From assembly GCF_009914755.1 (NCBI RefSeq), contig NC_060926.1: a stretch of 64,000 nucleotides of DNA. The stretch is one strand, 5' to 3'. The position numbers were made by a program, and so were the translations under genes. Source of the DNA: the human T2T-CHM13v2.0 reference genome, Homo sapiens. Of the stretch, positions 52,287 to 64,000 are shown one piece after another (the stretch's first letter is position 1; each line of letters begins with the position of its first letter). Under the pieces are notes generated by a model. The model searched no databases. It was not told where the DNA came from and saw nothing but the letters and a program-made list of their open reading frames with translations.

Positions 52287-53325
52287 TTTGGAGATACGGT
52301 CTCGCCCTGTTTTTGGAGATACGGTCTCACCCTGTTGCCCAGGCTGGCGTGCAGTGGTGGATCTCAGTTCACTGCAACCTCCATTTCTGGGCTCAAGGGA
52401 TTCTCCAGCCTTAACCTTTCCAGTATCTGGGCCTATGCCCCACGCCCAGCTATTTTTTTTTTTTTTTGTATTTTTGGTAGCCACGGGGTTTTGCCATGTT
52501 GCCTAGGCTTGTCTCAAACTTCTGAGCTCAAAGCAATCCTCCCGCCTCAACTTACCAAAGTGCTGGGATTACAGGCGTGAACTACTGCACCTGGTCTGCT
52601 GAATTTTTAAATCCGTGTCCCTGACGTCGGGACACAGGGGTCACATTTCTCCACTCCCTGCAGTGCCTGCCTAACTCTGTCCCTCTAGTCATGGCCACCT
52701 GACCGGGGGAAGGGACCTTGCGTGTGGTTTACTGTCCTCTTGGCAGAAATGTCTATTCAGGGTCCCTGCTCAGTTTTGGGTGGATCATTGTTTTTTTTGT
52801 TGCTACTTAGTACTGTTAATGTGTTGTGTATTTTCCATAACAACTCCTTAGCCAATAGGTGATTCCTCAAAATGTTCTTCCAGCCTTTCTTTTTGGGTTG
52901 TTTCCTTTTCCTTGCAAAAACTTTTCACTTTGATGTAGCCATGCATGTTTTTTTATGGCCAGGCATGATGGCTCATGCCTGTAATCCAAGCACTTTGCAA
53001 GGCCGAGGTGGGCAGATCACTTGAGCCAAAGAATTTGAGACCAGCCTAGGCAACATGGCATAACTTCATCTCTACAAAAAATACAAAAAAATTAGCCAGG
53101 CATGGTGGTGTGTGCCTGTAGTTCTTCCAGCTATTCAGGAGGCAGAGGTGGGAGGATCACTTGTGCTGGAGAGGTCAAGGCTGCAGTCAGCCATGATCAT
53201 GCCACTGCACTGCAGCCTGAGTGACAGAGTCCCTATAGTTATCACTTCTATGATTCCCTCAAATTTTCTAACAATTTTTTTGAGACAGAGTCTCATTCTC
53301 TTACCCAGGCTGGAGCACAGCGGCA
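52287..53325. mobile_element. AluJ-like elements (- 52290-52595 with a 25-bp tandem duplication at its tail end; + 52957-53230; fragment 53275-53325)
   Basis: Alu motifs; TTTTGGAGATACGGTCTC.CCCTG twice. Confidence 0.8.
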
Positions 53326-53329
53326 TATC

Positions 53330-56300
53330 AGGGATTGTGAGTCCTCCAACTTAGTTTCTTTTTCTCAGGATTCCTTAGACATTCAGGGCCATTTGTGGTT
53401 CCATGTGATCATCAGCATTGTGTATTCACATTTCTTAAATTTCTGTGCATAATAAAGTATATAATTAGAGAGTATGCTGGGACTGTTGTTCCTCTGGGAC
53501 ATTTTGATTCATGTATATTTTTAATAATGATCAGATCAGGGTATGTGGCATATCTGTTCTCTCATACAGGTATTCTTCTTTTGTGAGAACATTGGAATTG
53601 CTCCCTTCTAGCTTTTTTGAAAAATATAGTATTTTTTTAACCAGAATCACCGAGCTGTGGTATAGAACACAAGAATGTATTTGTCTTAACTAACTGCAAC
53701 TTTGTTTCCATAACCAATCCTCCCATTCCCTCCTTCCCCCTCCTCAGAAAACCGCTACTGTGCCTTCTACTTATCGAAGGCAAAGTTTTCTGGATTCCAC
53801 ATAAGTGAGATGAATCTGCTTGTTTTTCTATGCCTGGCTTATTTTATTTAACATATTTTCCAGGTTCATCCATATGGCTCCAAATGAAAATTACGTTAGT
53901 TTGTTATGGTTGAAGAGTATTGCGTTGTGCAGATAAATACTGCAGTTTCCTCATCCCTTCATCTGTGGATGAACAGGTAGGTTGATTCCATATCTTCTAT
54001 ATTGTGAATACTGTCATGAAACATGGGAAGGCAGGTCACTCCTTAAGGTACTGGTTTCCTTTGCTTTAAATGCATACGCAGTGTGAGGAACATCCCAACT
54101 TTTTCACAGTATATTCACTAATTCACATTGGCATCAACAGCATATAAGAGTTTCCCTTTCTGTAAATCTACATTGGCTGCTACTTTCCAAAAATGTTGTT
54201 GCTGTTTTTGGTAATATTCATTCTCAGTGGAGTTTGATGGTATCTGATGTTGGAGTGTGATTCTGACTCACATGTTTGGAGTATTTAGTGATGTGGAGAA
54301 ACTTTTTTTTTCACCTGTGAATCAGTCTCATGGCCTTTGCAGAAGTGGTTGTGCAGGTCCTTTGCATATTTTTAGCTTGTGTATTTTTTTTTAAATCTTT
54401 TCTCCACTTAGTAGCTTTAGTGCTTGAATATGTTAGACAGCAACCCCTTCCAAAATTGCAATTTTCCACAGTTTTAACCCAATCATCCTTTCCGCCAAGG
54501 TAAGATGCTTTCTCTTTGGGTTCATTGTTTTCTCCCCAATGCAGAAGCTCTGAAGTGTTGGTCTCACAGGTGTATATTTGCTTTTGTCAGCAGGGATTTC
54601 TGTGTCCAATCAGAGAGGGGAAAAAAGAGATCACAAAGTCATTGTATTGTGTATAGGTATTTTGCCTGTGAGTCCATGTGGTATTTGGTTTTCTGTTACT
54701 GTGTTAGTTTGCTTAGCATAGTGACCTGCAGATCCATCCTTATTGCTGCCAAAGCCATTAAGTTTTTTTAAGCTATGTAGGTTGTTGTGGTATCTATGTA
54801 CAGCACTTTTAAAACATGTAATCTCGATGTTATTTTATATTTCCATGTGAATAACACTTCCAAGAACATACCCATGCCTGTGTCATTTTGAAAGGAGGAT
54901 TTATGATTTGTTTTCCTTTGTGTAGATACCCAGTTATGCGATTGCTCATTTGGATGGTAGTTCTAAGTTCTTTGAGGAACCTCCAAACCACTTCTCATAG
55001 TGTGAGAACTAGTTTTTATTCCCAAGAGTGTAGCGGGGTTTGCTTTCCTCCACTGCCTTGCCACCATGTAAATATTTGGACTTAGGACAAATGGCCATTC
55101 TGACCGATGTGAGATGATATCTCTGTTCGTGAGAGTTGCATTTCTCTGATGATGAGTGATGTTGAGGTGTTTGTTCATGTTCTCTACCCATTGTTTGAAT
55201 GGTTTGTTTTTCTGCCTCTTAATTTTTTTAAGGTCATGTTAGAGTCTGGCTATTAGACCTTGGTGAGAAGCATAGTTTGGGAACATTTTCTCCCATCCTG
55301 TAGCCTGTGTGTTTACTGTGCCGGTGATGTATTTTGCTATCTGGCAGTGTTATAGTTTCTTAGGCCCAGCTTGTCCTTTTGGTTTTTCTTGCTGTTGCTT
55401 TTTGTCTAAATGCTTTCCAAAGTCCGTATTGAGAAAGATATGTCCTAGGTTTCCTTGTAGGACTTTTAATAGTTTGAGGTCTTCTGCTGAAATGTTTCAT
55501 TGACCTTGGGTTAGTTTTTGCATCTGATGAGAGTTAAGGCTCCAGTGTTGTTTATCTGCATGTGTCTAGCCACCTAGCCCAGTGCCCTTCACTGCATAGC
55601 GAGCCTTTTGTCCATCTGACCTTTGGTGTTTCAGCATGGCTTTGGAGTTTCAGGGCATTTTGTGGTCCCACGGGAATTTTAGCATTGTTTCTCTATGTTG
55701 CTTTCAAGAAACAAAATTAGCCCTGTCCTAAAGATGGACAACTAGAGGGTCGAGAGGGACATTTGGGTCCATGCATGCATCGTATAGGCATGAAATCAGG
55801 GTATTTAGCGTCATTTTTTGCCTTGTAGAGTTTTCATGTCTTTGAGTAAGGAGAGCGAGAACCCTCCTTTCTGGCTGTCTTGAAAACTACCCTTTGGTAA
55901 AGTTTTCCATAATCATCCTGCTGAGGAATAGAAAAGCAGGTTTCATTCCTCTTACGCAACGTGTCACTTTGTACCTGTTTCCTATGCCCACCCATGCCCA
56001 GCCTTCTGTTCCAACCCTGGCAAGCACAATGGTGCTTTGTAGGTCTGTGTGAGATAAAGTTTCCTAGATTCCTCATGAGTGAGGTGATGCGAGGTTTGTC
56101 TTTCCCTGCCTAGTGTGTTTCATTTACCATAATGTCCTCCAGGTTCCACAGTGTTGCCACGGATGACCTGATTTCAGTACCCGTGTCTGGCTGTAGAGTA
56201 TCTGGTCGTGACTGGATACTGCAGTTTCTGGATCTCATCCTCTGGGGGTGGACAGGTAGGTTGATTCCTTATCTTGGCTATTGCGACTGGTTCCGCAGTC

Positions 56301-56940
56301 AGCGTGGGAAGGCAGATGTGTCTTCCGTGTACTGATTCATGTGATTCCAGTAGCAGCACAGCTCAGTGAAATGGTTGTCATATTTTCAGTTTTCTGAGGA
56401 ACCTCCTGCCTCTGTAGTGTGCGTACCAATTTACCTGTTAACAGTTGTGGATAAGAGAGCTCTCCTCTTTGGAAATTCACAGCAGCATTTTGTGGTTTCC
56501 CTTCTTTTAAGATACATGAAGGTCTTTGTTATACTCATTCCACCGAGAGAGACACAGTATCTGAGTCTTGTTCTGATTTTCATTTTTGTCATGATTAGTG
56601 ATGTTAACCAGGTGTTAACAAGCATACTTGTTTTCAGTTTTATGTGTTCTTTGCAGAAAAGCCTCTTTGGTTTCTTTATCCAGTTTTGGTTTGGTAATTA
56701 ATTTCTGTTTTCTGGTGTTTTTTGCTAGTTAGTAATGTTAGTTACTTACACCTTTTCCAAAAAATGCCTCATCAGCTGTGTTTTTCTCCAAACGCTTCTT
56801 ATGATCCTTTGTATGTTTCTTTCTTTTCATTCATGTTTTTCATTCTTTCTTGCCCACAAGCCATGTAGTCTGATGCAGTTTCAGGTGTGTGCAGTGTTCT
56901 GGTTTTCCGTTATGTTGGTGACTGATGAAGTTAAAGAAAT
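53330..56940 (-). mobile_element. Array of highly diverged L1 (L1MA/L1P-like) 3' fragments
   Basis: Recurrent antisense L1 3' motifs (gattccacataagtgag, ggttgattcc.tatctt, ccaggttcatcc). Confidence 0.7.
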
Positions 56941-57714
56941 TCACTAGCATATGCTTCTAGGATGGTAGAGAGCAGTTTACAGCCTGAGACCCATCGCTAG
57001 GTAAGAAACTGGTTTTGGATTCTGTCTTGCAAATTCCTTTTAAAGAATAAAGTTAACATTTAACAACCAGCTGGTGTTAATTTGTGCTTACACTTAGAGT
57101 GCTCAGAAATCATAATTTGTGTGACCATTGTTAGTTTAGCAGCATTTTGTCCTCGCTGAAATATGGTAATAAGATTAAAAGAGTTTTGTTTAAAGGAGCA
57201 CAATTGTGTAAAAGCTTAATTAAAAGGGTAACATCCAGATGTGTGTGCATGTGTGTGTGTTTGTATTTGGAAGACCTTCATGTTTTTGTTTTTGTTCTGT
57301 TTGTTTTACTCTTCTAAGACCTTGTCTTTTTGTTGTTGTTGAGCAAATGTGTTTATTTTATTTTTTGTCTTTTTCTTCTCAGTTGACTGAATTCTGTTTT
57401 CACTTGATTTTTTTTTTTGACTAAAATAGTTATTGCAACAGAGGCTACTACTCTTGGGTTTTTAAGGAAGAGTGTAGTTTAATTTGGCTCGAAGAAAAAT
57501 ATTAGTGTCTTCCTGTAGCACCATCGGACTCTTACTTTCTGTGCTTTATGAAGTAAATTTTGCTATTGGATTTTCACCTGAGTTGTTTCCTTTAATGTTT
57601 CAATTTAAGGCTGTTTAGTTTGACAGCTGCCTAGGGTTGTGAAACAAGTTATCAAGAATCTGAAAGTCTGAGAGAGAAAAAAAGGGCGGAGGTCTTTAAA
57701 TCTATAAAATGTAC

Positions 57715-58411
57715 TGTGACAGCCCAATGCATTCACCTTGCCCGCTGCCTAGACAGAACCGATTTATCAAGACAGAGGAACTGCAGTGGAGAAGGAGTAA
57801 CTCACGCAGAGCCGGCTGTGTGGCAGACCCAAGTTTATTACTCAAATCGGTCTCCCCGAGCATTCGGGGATCAGAGTTTTTAAAGATATTTGGTGGGTAG
57901 GGGCTTGGGAATTGGGGATTAGTCAGGTTGGAGATGGAATCATAGGGGGTTGAAGTTAGCTTTTCTTGCTGTCTTCTATTCATGGGTATGATGGCACAAC
58001 TGGTTGGGCCAGATTACCGGCCTGGGCAGGGTCTGCAACACATAACAAGCCCTGATCTTAGGTTTTACAGTAGTGATGTGATGTTACCTGCAGGAGTTAG
58101 GGGAGGTTCAGACTTTCGGAGCCAGAGACTGCATGACCCCTAAACTGTACATTCTAATCTTGTAGCTAATATGTTAGTCCTGCAAAGGCAGACTGCTCCC
58201 CAGGCAAGAAGGGGTTCTTTTCAGGAAAGAGCTATTACCAATTTGCTTTCAGAGTCGAACCGTGGACCAAATTCCTTCCCAAAGTTAGTTGAACTTACAC
58301 CCAGGAATGAACAAGGACAGCTTAAGGGTTAGAAGCAAGATAGAGTCGGTTAGGTCTGATTTCTTTCACTGTCATAATTTCATTAGTTATAATTTTGTAA
58401 AGGCGGTTTCA
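57715..58411 (-). mobile_element. LTR8 solo LTR inserted in MER4-int
   Basis: TG...CA termini; the reverse strand begins TGAAACCGCCTTTACAAAATTATAACT; 4-bp TSD GTAC at 57711-57714 and 58412-58415. Confidence 0.85.
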
Positions 58412-60180
58412 GTACTTCCATCGATATGCCTAACAGATTTTTATATGTATTTGTGTGTTGTATACAGGATGTTCCACTACCAAAAATATATGAAAGAGCT
58501 CTAATTAATTGGCTTAAAGAAAAATAAAAGTACTTAAGTTAGATACTAAAAAAGACTAGTCAAATGGTTTTTCAACTTTATGTAACTTAAGTAAAATCTT
58601 TAATAAGCTAGCTTTAAAATTATTGTAAAACAATATTAGAAATGTCTTAAGAATTGGCAGCATACATTTTTGTTTACATTTAGTAATCAACCGATTTCAT
58701 ACATATTCCTGCCAGATACTATAAGGTGTCAAAATTTGGCATGGGGGGGTTTCAAAACTATAAACTCAGCCCAAAATGGAATGATCTTTACTTGAGTAAT
58801 TTTTAATAAGTAAGACATTGATATGGGTTTAATAAAAATAGCTGCATGTTGAATTTAGTAAGATTACTAGCACTTCTAATCCTGTGGCTTTTGGCAGTCT
58901 AGTCCACAGACAGTAAGGAAAGGACTGTTACTGCCTTTGTTTCAAAGCTAAAGTATAAACCAGGTTCCTCCCAGTGTCAGTTCGGCCTATGTGCAGGAAT
59001 GAACAAAGACGGTTTGGAGGTTATGAGCAAGATGGAGCCAGTTAGGCCAAATCTTTTTTCACTGTCTCAGTTATAATTTTGCAGTGGTGGTTTCATAACT
59101 TTAAATCATGACTATCACAGATTTCATAAATAATCTAGGTAAACAATTAGGTAAATGTAGTGGGATAAGTACTTGTAGACAAACGTCATAATTTAGAATA
59201 TAAAGTAAAATTAAATAATAGATATTTCATTATTTGGGTATTTTCCAATAAACATATTGTAGGAAAACATTCTTGCCAAAAAAAGTGTGTCTTCTTTTCT
59301 AAAAAAAAAAAAAAAAAGTTGAACAAGTTTTGTGTAATTCAAAGCTTATTTAAAGTTATGTATAAAACAAGGTAAAAGGAACCAGGAAATAAAAAAAAGC
59401 TGTAAAGAAAGTTGTAAAGAGGTTGTTTTTGAGGTAAAAAGAGCTTAAAGAGAAATACTATTACCTAAGAAAGAATCCCGTCTAGTAAGTTTAGTCCTAA
59501 AATAAAATACTTGGTTGTTTAAAAAGAGGGGGTGTTCAGAATAAATCAGAAAGTCTGACCATGTCGTAAACAGTCAGTGTAAAGTCACAACAAGGATTTA
59601 TATGTTTAAAAAACCCAAAAACTTCTATATGATAAAGTTGTCATATTAAGTTTTGGTTTGCTTAGGAAAAAAAACCTGAGATTTTTTAAAAATTGAGGTC
59701 ATTACATCCATGTGTCTTCCTGTATATGCTTTTAAAATCCTTGCAACATTGAGTTACAGGGCTTTTAACTCCTAGGTCTAAAAAGGACACTAAGTCCTGC
59801 TAATCTTAAACACCCACAGCAATTAAAGGCTCATCTTCAGGCCCCATAGAAGATGCCAATTCAAATAAACTGCTGCATTCCTGAGACACAGGGCAAGAAA
59901 TGATGAAAGCTATTCAACTCCTCAAGACCCAGGGACTATTGTGAAAGAGGTGGGAGCATAAGATTGTAAGGGCCGATTTTGAAAAATAAAGTAGGTTCAG
60001 TTTCTCTATGCATTACTTATTAATGTCAAAGGCACACTGATGCAAAACCAGTATATGGACGCTTGTGTCAGATTAACAAGGTTTTCTTGAAGCATTAACC
60101 AACTGCTTAGTACAGGTTATAAAAGGCTGATGGAATTATATTTTGTAATCAAGATTACATTTTATAGATTGTTTACAAAA

Positions 60181-60642
60181 TTTTTTTTTTAAGTTTTTTT
60201 TATTATACTTTAAGTTTTAGGGTACATGTGCACATTGTGCAGGTTAGTTACATATGTATACATGTGCCATGCTGGTGTGCTGCACCCACTAACTCGTCAT
60301 CTAGCATTAGGTATATCTCCCAATGCTATCCCTCCCCCCTCCCCCCACCCCACCACAGTCCCCAGAGTGTGATATTCCCCTTCCTGTGTCCATGTGATCT
60401 CATTGTACAATTCCCACCTATGAGTGAGAATATGCGGTGTTTGGTTTTTTGTTCTTGTGATAGTTTACTGAGAATGATGATTTCCAATTTCATCCATGTC
60501 CCTACAAAGGACATGAACTCATCATTTTTTATGGCTGCATGGTATTCCATGGTGTATATGTGCCACATTTTCTTAATCCAGTCTATCATTGTTGGACATT
60601 TGGGTTGGTTCCAAGTCTTTGCTATTGTGAATAATGCCGCAA
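60181..60642 (-). mobile_element. Young 5'-truncated L1 (L1PA2-like)
   Basis: Near-consensus L1 3' UTR with the GAG diagnostic (GATGACGAGTTAGTGGG), not ACA/ACG; ORF2 C-terminus ALFTIAKTWNQPKCP...SLIGGN. Confidence 0.88.
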
Positions 60643-62598
60643 ACAAATGTAATTGGCTTCATGCTGTTTTTAAAAAATTCTTAAATTATCACTTTGGTTA
60701 AATAAATGACTTTACAATGACCTGTAATCCTATTTTTAACATCAAGTGTTTTAAACATTTTATATTTGACAAACTTCCCAAAATCAAATTATATATTATG
60801 TCTTTTTCTATCCTAAGTAATCCTTTAAGACATTAGGTTCTCTAAAGTCTAAAAATGACATAATTTGGCTTACCTGCTATAAAATGTTTGGAAACATTGT
60901 CAAATATGAAATGGTGTTTGGCTTTCTTTCAGATCCATTTGTATATGTTTTTGGTATGTTTCCAAAATGATGGGAAACTCCTGTAATTCTGATATAACTT
61001 AGTGTACATTATTTGTAATAATCATAATTGTTATGTTAAAATCATTGTGTGCCACGGAGGTAACAAATTCACTTGTCAATTGTGTCTTTTAACTATGGCT
61101 GCCTTAAATTTTTTTTCATCCACAGGTAATTGTCTTGTTTTGTCTCGTTTTAAACCCTCTTTATAAGGTGGGTTTATAATCAGCTATAGGACTCTAACAG
61201 GTGCACTTAAGTTCAGGTTTTCTGATAATTTTGGAAATTGTTACACTGGAATAAAGCAAAAAATTTCAAAATTCTCATGGAGAGCTGAAATGTTCATGAC
61301 TATCAAACAGAACAGGAGTTAACTGAGATAACTGAACCAATAGAAAACTGAAGTTATCTTTTTGACTTTTTGCTTAAAACATTGCTAATACTTTTAGTTT
61401 TTCAGAGTTAAGGAAACTTTTATTTACAGCTTTTAACAATAAATTATTGTATATTCCTGTGAACAAAATTTGGAGCATATTTGTTTTTCTCTACCTAATT
61501 TCTCCAGAATTTGGAAACTATGAGTATTCTTAATTTATGGCAGTATAGTTACTTGCATAAGTGCAAGAAGAATCTGTTTTATTTTGGAATAGGACACAGT
61601 TGGAGAATTTGGTTATTTTATCAAGGGTTTGACTGAAATGGTGTGCTTTCCTTTAAGGAATCAAAACTGACTTATCAAGCCAATAAAGCCCTTGGAAAAA
61701 CTGGCCTCATATTTTGTGTACACAGTCCCTGTACAGGATTTTGACCTGTGGTAAATAAAGAATGTCATTTTCTGAGAGGTGCAGAAGCCCCAGGTTTATC
61801 TTGGAACCTCAAGAGGAGAGGAAATTCACTGAAATCATAGGTATTTGATGGCACAAATCCATGGCTGGGCTTGGCTTTGAAAAAGTCTTATCTAAGATTC
61901 CTGCTATGGAATAAAGTTCCATCAAAGCCAATTTAAAAGCCTATGTAAAAAATAATGATTGTTGCACTGTATGCAGATAATTAGGCCAAGTATAATAAAG
62001 CAAATCAGTTCTAACATGATTCATCTTTAGTAGAAATTTGAAAACTGGAGAGAGACAAAAATTATTTTTCAAAACTACAGTAGACTTGTTTTTAGATTCT
62101 AGTCTTGCCTAATGTTTTTTCAATTTTTATTATTTTCTACAGTTTGGACCGAATTCTAATTTTTCTTGCCTACGAGTCTTTAAAATAATGTTTTCAATTT
62201 TTTTTCAATTATTCCTAAACGAAGCGGTGCTTTCTTAAAACCCTGCAAACTGAAGCCAGACCACTTAAACTTCAGAAGAAAATAACAGCAACCTATTTAC
62301 ATACATAAGCCACTTTCATACCTGCCTACTGAGGTATGGACTGCAGAGTAACGTGGCTTATATTGATTTTTCCAGGATTGTTCTTTTGTTTGTTGTTGTT
62401 TTTTCTGCCTTCCTCCCCGCTATTTTAACTTCACAGGATGTGAGACTTCACAACCTGCTAAGAATGAGCATTTAGGACCTACCTATCTAGGAATAAACCC
62501 TCCTAGCCATGAGAGATCAGATGAAACCCGAGACCAGAGATTCATTTTCTTGTAAAATGTTTTTTCCAAAAGATTTTTTAAAAAGAAAAGGAGAGAGA

Positions 62599-63031
62599 TG
62601 TGAAAGGAAAATATCTGGGGCCCCTAAAATCACTAAGGAAAACTCAGGCTGGAAACTGCTTAGGGCCAACCTGCCTCCCATTCTATTTAAAGTCGCCCCT
62701 CTGCTCCCTGAGATAGAAGCATATCTGATTGCCTCCTTTGGAGACTAATCAGAAACTCAAAAGAATGTAACCATGTGTGTATCACTCATCTGTGACCTGG
62801 AAGCTCCCTCCCTGCTTCCAGTCTTCCTGCGTTTGCTTCAAGTTGTCACATCTTTCTAGACCAAAGCAACGTACTTCTTACATATATTGATTGTTGTCTC
62901 ATGTCTCCCTAAAATGTATAAAACCAAGCTGTGCCCTGACCACCTTGGGCTCATGTCATCATGTCCCTGAGGCTGTGTCACGAGTGTGTTCCCAACCTTG
63001 GCAAAATAAACTTTCTAAATTAACTGAGACC
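62599..63031 (+). mobile_element. MER4A-type 3' LTR (3' end truncated)
   Basis: Starts TGTGAAAGGAAAATATCTGGGGCCCCTAAAATCACTAAG; TATAAA at ~62918 and AATAAA at ~63005. Confidence 0.8.
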
Positions 63032-63039
63032 TTCATTTG

Positions 63040-64000
63040 AGTTTGCTGCTGGACACCCTCATTGTGTTTATTGGCCTGTTTCTCTGTTAATGCCTATCAC
63101 GAATGGCTTGGGTAACTAAAGCTTTGGGAAGTAATGTAAAGTGGAAGAGTGTGATGGCTCCACCGACTTTGTATGTGTAGGAACTGCTTTGGGAATGCGG
63201 GGCATTTGATTGTCCCACGGGATTTTTAGTATTGTGTTGTGATCCTATATGGAAAACAAAAATAGGACATGGTCTGTGTTTTTATTTAAAGGGTGCAACG
63301 GACCTTTTTACATGAATCAATGAAACTGCAGGACCTAGCGTCTGTTTCATGCTACAGTGAGGATTTCTTGATGGAGAGAGCATTCCAAATCCTTTCCAGC
63401 AATATTGAATATTATGTTATGATACTGTTAAGCCTAGTCACCCTGCTGTGCCGTACAACACCAGAGTAACTGCGTCTCATCTGAACATCCCTTTGCAGCC
63501 ATTTCCAATCCTCCCCCCAGCCTCTGGTACCCACTGTTGACATTGCTACTCTATGAGATTCACTTTGTTAGATTCCACGTGCATGAGATTTTGCAGTATT
63601 TGTGTTTGTCTTCCTCTGCCTGGTTCATGTTTTTTAACTTAATGTCTTCCAGGTTTTTCCATCTTGCTGGTAGTGAACTGATGTCCGGAAGTTTGATGGC
63701 TGAAGAGTATACCGTTGTGCATATATCCTTCAATTCCTGCATTTTTTAATCTGTAGAAAGACAAGTAGGTTGATTCCCCATCTTAGTTATTGTCCAGAGT
63801 ACTTCATGAAACATGAGAGGGAGATACCTCCTTAAGGTAGGTTTGGTTGGCTTTGCAGGTATACCCAGTGTTGGGATGGCTAGAGGAACTGGTGGTTGTG
63901 TTAATTGTTTCAGAAACCTCCAGCTGTCTCCCAGCAGGTATACGAATTTGCATTCAAACCAGTAGTGTGTAATAGTTCCTCTGTCTGCAAATCTACACTG
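63040..64000 (-). mobile_element. Diverged L1MA-like fragment
   Basis: Same antisense L1 motifs as 53.3-56.9 kb. Confidence 0.7.

Larger units (their letters stand above)
56950..62598 (+). mobile_element. MER4-type ERV1 internal region (non-autonomous), 5'-truncated
   Basis: AT-rich non-coding internal sequence ending in a polypurine tract (AAAAGAAAAGGAGAGAGA) immediately before an LTR. Confidence 0.7.

Noticed and set aside
60326-60646. L1 ORF2 C-terminal ORF or active L1HS
   Set aside because: Only ~460 bp of the 3' end, with the GAG rather than ACA/ACG diagnostic.

Overview
Human-type eukaryotic genomic DNA, most consistent with the chr2q21.1 segmental-duplication block (location inferred from recalled gene order and protein sequences; no search was run). 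From left to right: (1) the 3' 13 exons of an unprocessed SMPD4 duplicate (SMPD4BP-like, + strand), with two frameshifts and one nonsense codon but intact splice sites; (2) an intact 8-exon CCDC74A gene (+, 1137-nt CDS, 378 aa) with a CpG/GC-box/RFX X-box promoter; (3) a tail-to-tail 3' fragment of MED15 (pseudogene, - strand) that stops mid-exon at an AluY; (4) a repeat-dense half with old L1s, a MER85, a MER4-group ERV with an LTR8 solo LTR and an L1PA2 insert. The most unusual element is at ~40.7-44.3 kb: a palindromic, six-CCAAT, apparently bidirectional promoter. It has mirror-image BAGE-like first exons, splice signals in both directions, a decayed BAGE-like coding segment and flanking minisatellites of opposite GC skew. 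There are no prokaryotic features (CRISPR, operons), and most ORF-track entries are Alu, L1 or GC-rich noise.
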